The translations under genes were made by a program, and so were the position numbers. 41,087 nt of DNA from Steroidobacteraceae bacterium (GTDB taxonomy: Bacteria > Pseudomonadota > Gammaproteobacteria > Steroidobacterales > Steroidobacteraceae), in assembly GCA_036561485.1 (NCBI GenBank), contig DATBPG010000033.1:1-41087 (forward strand), in the 5' to 3' direction. The notes below the pieces were generated by a model. That model was given only the letters and a program-made list of their open reading frames with translations. It did not search any database and was not told the DNA's origin. Numbering within the stretch: position 1 is the first letter of the stretch; every line of letters begins with the position of its first letter. This document shows positions 7,276-15,653 of this stretch, piece by piece.

Positions 7276-9417
7276 TCACCGATGACCATCCCCGCGCGCC
7301 AGAGTTCCCGCATCCGGCGCCCTGCCTGCGGGTTCGTGACGCATGCCCGCCGGCTGGCCGGCGAGACCGCGGTACTGGAGCAGCGGGTCGATGTCCGGCG
7401 GGCCACCGTAGAACTCGCGGAACAGCTGCTGCGTGTCCTGTGTCCAGCCCCGCGACAGAATGGCCACGCGAAAGCGCTCGCCGCTGCTGCGCGAGAGGCC
7501 GCCATGCTCGTGGAACCAGCGGCCGGTATCGCGCGCGAGGACCTCGCTCCAAAGGTAGGCATAGTAGCCGGCCGAGTAGTCATCGGCAAAGATGTGCAGG
7601 AAATAGGGCGAGTGGTAGCGCGGTGCTATGCCGGCGCACAGGGCGCCGCTGGCGGCGAGCGCCTCGGTCTCGAACGCCATCACCTGCGCTGCGGATGGAC
7701 AGCGCTCGGGGGCGAGTTGGTGCCAGGCCTGATCGATGAGCGCGGCCTGCAGGTACTCGAGGGTCTGGTAGCCCTGATTGAAGTTCTGCGAGGCGAGGAT
7801 GCGCTCGAGCAGCGCGGCGGGCAGCGGCTCAGCGCTCGCATGATGGCGCGCGATGCGCGCGAGGATGTGGGGCTCGCGGGCCCACATCTCGTGGAACTGC
7901 GAGGGATACTCGACGAAGTCGCGCGGCACGTTGGTGCCGGCGAGCAGCGGATAGTGTACCTGCGAGAGCAGACCATGCAGCGCATGGCCGAACTCGTGGA
8001 ACAGCGCGGTGACCTCCTCGAAGCTCAGCAGTGTCGGCTCGCCGCTGGGCGGTCGCGCAATGTTGAGGCAGTTGACCACCACCGGACGCTGTGCGAGCAG
8101 GGTCGATTGCGTGACGAAATGGCTCATCCAGGCGCCGCCCTGCTTGCCCTCGCGCGCGTAGAAGTCGGCCAGGAACAGGCCCAGCGGCGCACCGCCGGCA
8201 TCGAAGACTTCGAAGATCTGCACGTCCGGATGGTAGCCCGGCAGGTCCTGCCGGCGTCGAAAGCTGAGCCCGTAGAGCTGCGCGGCCATGTAGAACACGC
8301 CCGCGTACAGCACGCGCTCGAGCTCGAAATAGGCACGCACCGCGGCGCTGTCGACCTGATAGCGCTCGCGGCGCTCGCGCTCGAGGTAGTAGTGCCAGTC
8401 CCAGGGCTGGAGCGAAAAGGCCGCCTGCCCCGCGGCGGCACACTCGCGCTCGATGCCGGCCTGCAGCTCGCGCGCCTGCAGACGTGCAGGCTCGAGCGCG
8501 GCCTGCGCCACCTGGCGCAGCATCGCGGCCACCGCGGCAGGAGAGCCGGCATTCTCATCGGCCAGCACATAGGCGCCGTGGCTTGCAAAGCCGAGCAGAC
8601 AGGCGCGTTCGGCCCGCAGGCGCACCAGCTCGGCGATGATGGCGGTGTTGTCGGCCGCGCCGCCGCGGGCGCGCGCCACCGAGGCTTCGTGGATCCTGCG
8701 GCGCAGGCCGCGATCGTGCAGCTCTGCCAGCGCCGGCTGCGTGGTGGTGTTCTGCAGGCCGATGAGCCAGCGCCCGGGATGACCGCGCTCGCGCGCCGCT
8801 TCGGCCGCGGCGCCGAGCTGTTCGCGCGAGAGCCCGGCGAGCTCATCGGCGCTGTCGACCCACACGCCAGCGGCGCGCGTGGCGAGCAGCACGTGCTGTC
8901 GAAAACGGGTACGCAGCGCCGCCAGGCGCTCGTTGATCTGGCGCAGGCGCTGCTTGTCTTCATCGGGCAGTCGTGCGCCGGCGCGCACGAAAGCGGTGTG
9001 GTAGCGCTCGAGCAGCTGGCGCTGCTCGCCCGAGAGTGCCAGGGCGGCGCCGCGCCGCTGCAGCCGGTCGATGCGCTCGAATAGCTCGCTGTCCAGATAG
9101 ATCGCATCGCGATGTGCCGCGAGCACCGGTGCCAGCTCGCTCTCCATCGCCAGCATCGAATCGCTGCCATTGGACTGGGCAAGATTGGAGAAGACGCTGC
9201 CCACGCGCTCGAGCAGCCGTCCCGAGCGCTCCAGCGCCACCACGGTGTTCTCGAAGCTCTCGGGCTCGGCGCGTGTGGCGATCGAGCGCACTTCCTTGCG
9301 CTGCGTGTGCATGCCGGCAAGGAAGGCCGCGCGGTAGCTGGCCTCGTCGATGCGATCGAACGGCGGCAGCTCGTAGGGCAGGGAGCTCGGTGTGGCGAAC
9401 GGATTGTCGGGGGTCAT
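7276..9417 (-). CDS. dcp: Peptidyl-dipeptidase Dcp (M3 family zinc metallopeptidase)
   Basis: HEFGHALH zinc motif, with M3A-like sequence throughout (MTPDNPFATPSSLPYELPPFDRI...). The ATG at 9417 forms an ATGA overlap with the upstream stop. Confidence 0.9.
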   Translation of the reverse strand: MTPDNPFATPSSLPYELPPFDRIDEASYRAAFLAGMHTQRKEVRSIATRAEPESFENTVVALERSGRLLERVGSVFSNLAQSNGSDSMLAMESELAPVLAAHRDAIYLDSELFERIDRLQRRGAALALSGEQRQLLERYHTAFVRAGARLPDEDKQRLRQINERLAALRTRFRQHVLLATRAAGVWVDSADELAGLSREQLGAAAEAARERGHPGRWLIGLQNTTTQPALAELHDRGLRRRIHEASVARARGGAADNTAIIAELVRLRAERACLLGFASHGAYVLADENAGSPAAVAAMLRQVAQAALEPARLQARELQAGIERECAAAGQAAFSLQPWDWHYYLERERRERYQVDSAAVRAYFELERVLYAGVFYMAAQLYGLSFRRRQDLPGYHPDVQIFEVFDAGGAPLGLFLADFYAREGKQGGAWMSHFVTQSTLLAQRPVVVNCLNIARPPSGEPTLLSFEEVTALFHEFGHALHGLLSQVHYPLLAGTNVPRDFVEYPSQFHEMWAREPHILARIARHHASAEPLPAALLERILASQNFNQGYQTLEYLQAALIDQAWHQLAPERCPSAAQVMAFETEALAASGALCAGIAPRYHSPYFLHIFADDYSAGYYAYLWSEVLARDTGRWFHEHGGLSRSSGERFRVAILSRGWTQDTQQLFREFYGGPPDIDPLLQYRGLAGQPAGMRHEPAGRAPDAGTLARGDGHR

Positions 9418-10238
9418 GGCAGCGGGCAGGGCGCGGCGTGACCGATGCACTCATCGAGGGGCTGCTGACGCCGCAGGTCCGTGAACACCAGCAGCTCGCG
9501 CACGCGCTCGCCGAGCAGCTCGTAGATCACTTCGTGCGAGCGCTCGAGGGCCTGCGCATCGGGGATGTAGCGCAGCAGGCTGACGACGTTGCTGCCCGGG
9601 CGCTCGGGCACCAGTCCCACCGGCGCCGGCGTGAGGGCCAGGCCGGTGGCGCTGAACTCGTGCGCCGCGCGCCACATGTGCTGGGTCGAGGTCACGAGGA
9701 TGATGCGATGCACGCCAGCCTCGGCGAGCATGCGGGCGGAATTGCGCGCGTTGTCGAAGGTATCGTAGGACTGGTAATCGACCCAGCGCGGCTCGAGCGC
9801 GAAACTGTCGCGCAGACTGCTGCGCATGGCCGTCGCCTCGATGTGCCAGCCGCTCACCAGAATGGGCAGTCGCGTGCGGCGTGCCAGATATGCCCCGTAT
9901 GCCAGTCGCTCGAGCAGGTACGGACCGGGCGCCGGGCCGCCATATTCGGGCGCCTGCACGCGCTCGCCGCCGCCGCCGAGGATCACGATGGCCTGGGCTT
10001 CGCTGGGCACGTCGGCATCGAACGCGGGGTAATGCTGGATCGAGCGCGTCAAGGCATCGGCGATGACGGGCATCGACAGCACACACAGGCCGGTCAGCGC
10101 CAGCGCAAGCAGCACCGCGCCGGTGCGGGCTCGCCAGCGCAGCAGCAGCGCACCGATCAGGGCCAGCAGCAACAGGCCCGCGGGGGGCAACAGCAATGCC
10201 TTGAGGAGCGTTTTGGCATAATCGAGAAACAGCAGCAT
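9414..10238 (-). CDS. YdcF / DUF218 (ElyC/SanA-like) family protein
   Basis: Two N-terminal TM helices precede a DUF218-like core (AIVILGGG..., ILVSGW..., RIILVTSTQHMWRA). Confidence 0.75.
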   Translation of the reverse strand: MLLFLDYAKTLLKALLLPPAGLLLLALIGALLLRWRARTGAVLLALALTGLCVLSMPVIADALTRSIQHYPAFDADVPSEAQAIVILGGGGERVQAPEYGGPAPGPYLLERLAYGAYLARRTRLPILVSGWHIEATAMRSSLRDSFALEPRWVDYQSYDTFDNARNSARMLAEAGVHRIILVTSTQHMWRAAHEFSATGLALTPAPVGLVPERPGSNVVSLLRYIPDAQALERSHEVIYELLGERVRELLVFTDLRRQQPLDECIGHAAPCPLP

Positions 10239-10244
10239 GGGGTG

Positions 10245-11036
10245 TCAGGGCGCGAAGGGCGCGGTCCCGGTTTTTCGCTGCAGGCGGATCTGGAACAGGC
10301 GGGGCCAGTCTTTGCCGGTCACGAACAGCCGGTCCGCCCTGGCATCGTAGGCAATGCCGTTGAGCACGTCGGTTTGGCCCGGCACGCGCGCGGCGGCGGG
10401 CAGCAGTCCACGCAAATCGATCAGACCGACGACCGCGCCGCTGTCCGGATCGATGCGCGCGATCCAGTCGGTCTGCCAGATGTTGGCGTAGATCTCGCCT
10501 CGCACCCATTCGAGCTCGTTGAGATTGCGCAGCGGACGGCCTTCGTAGCTCACCTCGAGCCGTCCTGCCTCGGCGAGGGTCTGCGGATCGAGGAAGCGCA
10601 GCTCCGGGGTGCCATCGCTCATGATGATCCAGCGCCCGTTCTGCGTCAGACCCCAGCCCTCACCGCTGTAGCGGAACTGGCGCTGCAGGCGCAGGCTCGC
10701 AAGCTCGTAGACGAATCCGGTCTGGGCGCGCCAGGTCAGCTGGATCAGGCGCGGGCCCCAATTGACGATGCCCTCGCCGAAGTAGCGTGCCGGCAACTTG
10801 ATACGCTGCAGAACTTCACCGCTCTGCAGCCGCTCGCGCCGCAGCTCGGACTGGCCATTCAGACCGGTGCTCTCGTAAAGATCGCCATTGAGGTAAAACA
10901 GCCCTTCGGTGAAGGCATGGGTATCGTGCGGATAGCTGTGCACGATCCGATACCCATAGATGGGGACCGCGGCATGCAGCGCACAGGGCATCAGCCCCAG
11001 CCCGGGCAGCAGCAGGATCAAACGGCCGAAGCTCAT
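10245..11036 (-). CDS. Glutaminyl-peptide cyclotransferase (bacterial/plant beta-propeller type glutamine cyclotransferase)
   Basis: The track ORF is trimmed to the ATG at 11036 (MSFGRLILLLPGLGLM, signal peptide). Motifs YPHDTHAFTEGLFY..GDLYESTGLNGQSELRR and NELEWV.GEIYANIWQTD match the family. Confidence 0.8.
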   Translation of the reverse strand: MSFGRLILLLPGLGLMPCALHAAVPIYGYRIVHSYPHDTHAFTEGLFYLNGDLYESTGLNGQSELRRERLQSGEVLQRIKLPARYFGEGIVNWGPRLIQLTWRAQTGFVYELASLRLQRQFRYSGEGWGLTQNGRWIIMSDGTPELRFLDPQTLAEAGRLEVSYEGRPLRNLNELEWVRGEIYANIWQTDWIARIDPDSGAVVGLIDLRGLLPAAARVPGQTDVLNGIAYDARADRLFVTGKDWPRLFQIRLQRKTGTAPFAP

Positions 11037-11079
11037 GAGCGAAATTCTACGGTAGGCGCCGGGCTCGCGTGCGGTCTGC

Positions 11080-12429
11080 TCACAGGCTGTGCTCATCGAG
11101 GAGCCGGCGCGCGAGGCAGAGGGTCTGCTCGTCGACGGCGCCCTGTCCGCACTGCTCGATGATCCTATCGAGCAGTGCGCGCTGGCGCGTGCCGCGGGCC
11201 TGAGCCTCGCGATAGGGGATCTCGGGGTGGAACATGACCATCGAGTAGCGCGGGATGAAGCGTTCGGGAAAGTGCCGCTCGAGCTGCGCCGCCAGCGCTG
11301 CACGTGCGGCAAAGCGCGGCTCGCGCACGCCCGAGCGCATCTCTTCGTAATTCTCCAGCGCCATTGCCGCGATGGCCTCGGCGTCCGGCCGGCGCTCGCG
11401 CTCGAAGCTCACCAGCGCTTCGGCGGGCGCCTGCGAATCGAGCAATCGATCGAGCAGCAAACAATCCTCGAAGCCGGCGTTGAGGCCCTGGCCGTGGAAG
11501 GGCACGATGGCATGCGCGGCATCTCCGAGCAGCCCGACGCAGCCCCCGGCTTGCCAGCGCTCACAGTGCAGCGTGGCGAGCCGGCCCTGTGGATGGGCGG
11601 CAAACTGTCCCGGGAGCTCATCGATCGCCTCGGCCGCATCGGCAAAGTGCGCGGCGAAGAACGCACGCACGGCGGCCGCGTCGCACAGCTCAGCGAAGCC
11701 CGGATCGGCGCTGCGCGGCAGGAACAGCGTCGCGGTGAAACTGCCATCGCTGTTGGGCAGCGCGATGAGCATGTAGCCGCCGCGTGGCCAGATATGCAGC
11801 GCCTCGCGCGGCCAGCGCTCGGCCGCAGCCGCACCCGCGCCGATGGCGAGCTCCTTGTAGTCATGCTCCAGCGGCGCCTCGAGCGCGCGGCTGAGTCCAC
11901 GGCGCACCAGCGCCGAGCGCACCGCCGAGCCCGCCCCATCCGCTGCCAGCAGCAGATCGAACGGCTGCGTCTGCGGCTCGCCGCGGCTGCCGCCCAGCAG
12001 CTGCAGCACCCGCCGCTGCGGATCCACGTCCACGCAGCGCATCTCGAACTGCAGCTGGATCCCGGGGTGAGCGGCCGCCGCGTCGAGCAGCAGCACATTG
12101 AGCCGCTCGCGGCTGATCGACCAGATGACCTCACTTGCCCGCGTGCCGTAGGGCAGGAAGCTGAGCGCACCGCGCTCATCGTGCAGCAGCCGCCCGCGCA
12201 TCGGGACGAGCTCTGGGCCGATGCGCGCGCAGAGTTCTGCGGCCTCGAGGGCGGCGAGGCCACGCGCGGCGAGGGCCAGGTTGATCGAGCGCCCGCGTTC
12301 GGCTGCCACGCGCCGCGGGTCCGCACGCCGCTCGAGCAGCTGCACGCGCCAGCCACGCCGCGCCAGCAGCAGCGCCAGCAGCGTGCCGACGGGACCGGCG
12401 CCCACGACGGTGACGGCCCGCGCGCTCAC
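11080..12429 (-). CDS. kmo: Kynurenine 3-monooxygenase (FAD-dependent)
   Basis: The GTG at 12429 makes a GTGA overlap with the kynU stop. The Rossmann motif VTVVGAGPVGTLLALLLARRG sits at the N-terminus. DGAGSAVR and GDAAHAIVPFHGQGLNAGFEDC are the KMO/aromatic hydroxylase signatures. Confidence 0.85.
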   Translation of the reverse strand: MSARAVTVVGAGPVGTLLALLLARRGWRVQLLERRADPRRVAAERGRSINLALAARGLAALEAAELCARIGPELVPMRGRLLHDERGALSFLPYGTRASEVIWSISRERLNVLLLDAAAAHPGIQLQFEMRCVDVDPQRRVLQLLGGSRGEPQTQPFDLLLAADGAGSAVRSALVRRGLSRALEAPLEHDYKELAIGAGAAAAERWPREALHIWPRGGYMLIALPNSDGSFTATLFLPRSADPGFAELCDAAAVRAFFAAHFADAAEAIDELPGQFAAHPQGRLATLHCERWQAGGCVGLLGDAAHAIVPFHGQGLNAGFEDCLLLDRLLDSQAPAEALVSFERERRPDAEAIAAMALENYEEMRSGVREPRFAARAALAAQLERHFPERFIPRYSMVMFHPEIPYREAQARGTRQRALLDRIIEQCGQGAVDEQTLCLARRLLDEHSL

Positions 12430-13715
12430 GACAGCTTCAGCGCGTCGCTCAGATGCCAGGCGCCGCGCATCACGTCCACGAAGCCGTTGTAGAAGGGCAC
12501 CGGAGCGAGTCGGATGACATCGGGTGCGCGCAGATCGGCGATGACGCCCTTTGCGCTCAGCTGTGCGTGCAGACGCTGGGCGCGCTCGCGGCCCCCGGCG
12601 ATGCGCACGGAGAGCTGGCAGCCACGCTGCTCGGGATCCGAAGGGGTGAGCAGCTCGAGCTGACCGTCGGCGAGCTGCATGAGCAGGGCCTCGAGATAGC
12701 CCGTCAGGCGCAGCGACTTCTCGCGCAGCGCGCCGAACCCGGCGGCGGCGAACAGCGGCAGCGAGGCGCGCAGCGGCGCACTGGAGAAAATCGGCGGATT
12801 GCTCAACGCAAAGGCGAGCGCGCCGGCGGCCGGGACGAAGCTCGCTGCCAGTGCGAAGCGCGTGCTGCCCTCGTGGCCCCACCAGCCTGCCAGCTGCGGG
12901 GCGCCGTGCAGATGCCGCTCGTGTACGAACGCTCCGCCGATCGCGCCGGGGCCACCGTTGAGATATTTGTAACTGCACCAGACGGCGAAGTCGGCGTGCT
13001 GCGCGTGCAGCGAGAGCGGCACATTGCCGATCGCATGGGCCAGATCAAAGCCCACGACGGCGCCTGCGGCATGCGCGGCGCGCGCGATGCGCGCAACGTC
13101 GAAGCGCTGGCCGGTCAGATACTGCACGGCCGGCCAGAGCACCAGCGCAAGCCGCTCGCCCTGTGCCTGGATCGCCGCCTCGATGTCCTCGATGGACAGC
13201 TGCGTCTGCCCGCGGGCAGGGCAGAGCTCGATGAGCTCGCTGGCCGGATCGAGCCCGCGCCAGCCGATCTGCGTCGCGACGGCATGGCGGTCGGAGGAGA
13301 AGGCCCCGGACTCGATGAGGATGGTGCGCCGCGAGCCGGCCGGACGATAGAAGTGCGCCAGCAGCAGATGCAGGTTCACCGTCAGGGAGTTCATCGCCAC
13401 GATCTCTTGCGCTGCGGCTCCCACCAGCGCGGCCAGAGGCCCCTGCAGCTGCTCGGCGTAGCTCATCCAGGGCGTGCGTGCATGTTCGTGTCCGAGCACG
13501 CCCAGACGCTCCCAATCGGACAGCTCCGCCTCGAGCATGACGCGGGCGCCGAGCGGGGCGAGCCCGAGCGAATGACCGCACAGATAGACCAGTGCGCGGC
13601 CATCGGCGCCGCGCGGCAGGGCGAAATTCGCGCGCAGCGGGGCGAGCGGGTCGGTGGCGTCCTGCGATCGCGCCCAGTCAAGCTGCGCCTGGAAGGTCAG
13701 CGGAGCCGTGCTCAT
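12426..13715 (-). CDS. kynU: Kynureninase (PLP-dependent)
   Basis: Trimmed to the ATG at 13715 (MSTAPLTFQAQLDWARSQD). Contains YLCGHSLGL and the PLP-lysine region WCSYKYLNGGPGAIGG. Confidence 0.9.
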   Translation of the reverse strand: MSTAPLTFQAQLDWARSQDATDPLAPLRANFALPRGADGRALVYLCGHSLGLAPLGARVMLEAELSDWERLGVLGHEHARTPWMSYAEQLQGPLAALVGAAAQEIVAMNSLTVNLHLLLAHFYRPAGSRRTILIESGAFSSDRHAVATQIGWRGLDPASELIELCPARGQTQLSIEDIEAAIQAQGERLALVLWPAVQYLTGQRFDVARIARAAHAAGAVVGFDLAHAIGNVPLSLHAQHADFAVWCSYKYLNGGPGAIGGAFVHERHLHGAPQLAGWWGHEGSTRFALAASFVPAAGALAFALSNPPIFSSAPLRASLPLFAAAGFGALREKSLRLTGYLEALLMQLADGQLELLTPSDPEQRGCQLSVRIAGGRERAQRLHAQLSAKGVIADLRAPDVIRLAPVPFYNGFVDVMRGAWHLSDALKLS

Positions 13716-13725
13716 CGGCACTCTT

Positions 13726-14532
13726 TCAGGCCAGTCGCAGCGGGTAGAGCAGCGGCCGGCTCGCGACCGCGTCGCCATCGATGCAGGGCGTCTGCAGCGA
13801 CAGCAGATACCAGCCGTCGGGCAGCCCGTCCTCCACGTAGGCGAGCTCGGTGATGGTGCAGTCGGCGCGCTGCGCCTGGGCCAGCTCGGTGGCCCCCGCG
13901 GGAAGTCCAAAGAAGATGCGGTGCGCGCTGAGCTTGCCGCCGTCCTCGAGCCGATCGGCCGAGGGCACATCGAGAACCAGATGGGCAATCCCTCGCATCA
14001 CCAGCTCAGTTGCCGCCTCGGCCGACAGATAGGGGGGCATCGTGCTCGAAGCGTCGATGAATTTGTCGGGCGCATTGGGGAGCGTGCGGATCACGGCGGC
14101 GCGGGCGCTGAGGCGATCGGCCATGGGCGCCGGCCAGGCGGCCAGCAATGCCGCGCGCGTCAGCGGCAGATCGGCGCCTTCGGGTGTGGGATTCACGGAC
14201 ATCAGCACCGTGACCAGCAGGCGCTGTGGAACCAGGCGCCACGCGTCCAGCGGCTCTGCGCTCAGATGGCCGACGCACTCGGTATGGGTGCCGTGCGCGT
14301 GCGGGGCAAAGCCTATGAGGCTTGCGTTGCAGCTGGCCCCTTCGCTCACGCGAGCACTCAGCGCGCCCAGCTGCAGCGGCGTGCGGGTGGCCGCAGGTGC
14401 CCCGAAGCAGCGCAGCTGCGGCCCCTCGAAGCGCAGCGGCCGTGCCAGGCTGATACCGGCGGCCAGATCCGCCAGCACGGCGACGCCGTCGAGATCCAGA
14501 CGCGCCCACTGCGCCCGGTCATTGCGTGCCAT
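13726..14532 (-). CDS. Cyclase-family protein with a divergent metal motif, candidate kynurenine formamidase
   Basis: Trimmed to the ATG at 14532 (MARNDRAQW), a 14-nt overlap with the 3-HAO gene end. It contains HAHGTHTECVGH where canonical cyclase/KynB proteins have HxGTHxDxPxH. It is embedded between 3-HAO and kynU. The functional call is inference. Confidence 0.55.
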   Translation of the reverse strand: MARNDRAQWARLDLDGVAVLADLAAGISLARPLRFEGPQLRCFGAPAATRTPLQLGALSARVSEGASCNASLIGFAPHAHGTHTECVGHLSAEPLDAWRLVPQRLLVTVLMSVNPTPEGADLPLTRAALLAAWPAPMADRLSARAAVIRTLPNAPDKFIDASSTMPPYLSAEAATELVMRGIAHLVLDVPSADRLEDGGKLSAHRIFFGLPAGATELAQAQRADCTITELAYVEDGLPDGWYLLSLQTPCIDGDAVASRPLLYPLRLA

Positions 14533-15061
14533 GGCCCGAAGTCGCGAGCGTCGGCGGCTGCATGACGCTGCCACAGCGGCGGCAGGTGCGCAGCGCCGGA
14601 TCGGCGAAGAAGCGCGCAAACACCGGCGGAAACTGCCGCTCGATGTCGTTGAGCTGCATGAACTGCTCGTACAGCGGCGCCTCGCAATGCTCGCAGTACC
14701 ACTGCAGGCCGTCGAGCTCGCCGGCACGGCGGCGGCGCTCGACGACCACGCCGACCGAGCCGGCGGGACGCTGTGGAGAGTGCGGCACGCGCGCCGGCAG
14801 GCACAGCAGTTCCCCGGGAGCAACCGGCACGTCGATGATGTGCTCGCTTTCGCGCACGCGCAGGGTCATCTGTCCCTCGATCTGGTAGAACAGCTCCTCG
14901 GCCGGATCGACGTGAAAGTCCTTGCGCGCGTTGGGCCCGCCGACCGCCATGACCAGGAACTCGCCGTCCCCGTAGAGCAGCTTGTTGCCGACGGGCGGAC
15001 GCAGCTCGTCGCGATGGGCCTCGATCCACTGCTGCAGATTCAACGGCTTGAGGGATGGCAT
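14519..15061 (-). CDS. nbaC: 3-hydroxyanthranilate 3,4-dioxygenase
   Basis: Cupin core (VMAVGGPNARKDFHVDPAEELFYQIEGQM) plus a C-terminal CxxC...CxxC rubredoxin-like site (CEHCEAP...CRRCGSV), as in bacterial HAO. Confidence 0.9.
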   Translation of the reverse strand: MPSLKPLNLQQWIEAHRDELRPPVGNKLLYGDGEFLVMAVGGPNARKDFHVDPAEELFYQIEGQMTLRVRESEHIIDVPVAPGELLCLPARVPHSPQRPAGSVGVVVERRRRAGELDGLQWYCEHCEAPLYEQFMQLNDIERQFPPVFARFFADPALRTCRRCGSVMQPPTLATSGHGTQ

Positions 15062-15078
15062 GAGAAACCGATGGACCA

Positions 15079-15107
15079 GTCACAGCCGCACTGGGGGCGA
15101 GTATGGT
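15079..15107 (+). promoter_or_regulatory. Candidate sigma70-type promoter for the 15150 gene (-35 GTCACA, 17-nt spacer, -10 TATGGT)
   Basis: The hexamers and spacing were read directly in the 88-nt divergent spacer. This is a weak consensus match only. Confidence 0.2.
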
Positions 15108-15149
15108 AAGCGTAAGACATGGGCACTGGCGACATGGGAGGCGTGCATC

Positions 15150-15653
15150 GTGACAAATGAGCTGACCGGGCGACGGCCCCGGGGTGGGCGCCAGCCAGGC
15201 TGGCGGGCGCTCGGGACGGTGCTCGCCCTGAGCCTGGCGCCGGCGTGGCCGGTGCTGGCCTGGCATCTGCCCTGGCATCGCCGCCCGCACCACGCGCCCG
15301 CCGCCCCCTCGGCGCCGGCTCTGGCAATCACGCTCGAGGGGCAGGCGGCCAGTGCAGCAGCGCTGCCGCAGCGCTGGCAGCGCAATACCCTGCTGCTGGA
15401 TCTGACGCACCTGCCCGACAACGGCAGTGCGACGCTGACACCGCCGGCCAACGCCGGCTGGCCGGTACGGCTGGCGTTTCGGGTGCAGCCAGGCAGCATC
15501 GGCAGTCTGACGATCGAGGGCGCTGAGCGCGTGCAGTACACGCTGCCGGCACACGGCCCTGCCATGACACTGCAGCTCGATCCGGGCGTCTACGTGGTCA
15601 AAACTGCGAGCCTTACCCTTCGCTGGAGCGCGGCTGACGACTTGCCACACTGA
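15150..15653 (+). CDS. Hypothetical exported protein (no family recognised)
   Basis: The GTG at 15150 is preceded by GGGAG at 15136-15140. The track ATG at 14982 would overlap nbaC by 80 nt. There is an Arg-rich n-region plus a hydrophobic signal-like segment (RRPRGGRQPGWRALGTVLALSLAPAWPVLAW). G/C third-position bias is high throughout. The 3' end overlaps the apaH 3' end by 41 nt. Confidence 0.55.
   Translation: MTNELTGRRPRGGRQPGWRALGTVLALSLAPAWPVLAWHLPWHRRPHHAPAAPSAPALAITLEGQAASAAALPQRWQRNTLLLDLTHLPDNGSATLTPPANAGWPVRLAFRVQPGSIGSLTIEGAERVQYTLPAHGPAMTLQLDPGVYVVKTASLTLRWSAADDLPH

Noticed and set aside
5062-7285. Plus-strand ORFs of 547 aa (5062..6705) and 430 aa (5993..7285) antisense to the permease/GldG-like and ABC ATPase genes
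   Set aside because: Their translations are Arg/Gly/Ala/Gln-rich with no motifs. They are antisense to genes with Walker A/B and ABC-2 features, so they are GC-driven artefacts.
7258-9084. A 608-aa plus-strand ORF antisense to dcp
   Set aside because: Same reasoning. The opposite strand carries an M3 peptidase with the HEFGH motif and proper codon bias, and the antisense translation has no recognisable domain.
8973-11162. A 729-aa plus-strand ORF spanning the antisense of dcp, ydcF and the glutaminyl cyclase gene
   Set aside because: Its translation is low-complexity R/A/G/P-rich with no motifs. It crosses three well-supported minus-strand genes. At about 70% GC, stop-free antisense frames are expected, so I treat it as a compositional artefact.
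12430-12978. Long N-terminal extensions in the ORF track. Examples: kmo to 12978, kynU to 13988, cyclase to 14823, ABC ATPase to 7552, glutaminyl cyclase to 11312, pdxA to 19592, dacC to 39375.
   Set aside because: The extensions are Arg/Ser/Ala-rich nonsense that overlaps the upstream gene. Conserved N-termini or signal peptides begin at internal starts, which often form ATGA/GTGA overlaps with the upstream stop.
12453-13853. A 466-aa plus-strand ORF antisense to kynureninase
   Set aside because: The minus-strand frame carries the kynureninase PLP-lysine motif and its start/stop coupling. The plus-strand translation is featureless and R/A/G-rich.
14982-15149. The upstream ATG at 14982 as the start of the hypothetical exported protein
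   Set aside because: It would overlap the nbaC 5' end by 80 nt on the opposite strand and add a non-signal-like extension. The GTG at 15150 has a GGGAG RBS at proper spacing and places the hydrophobic segment at the N-terminus.
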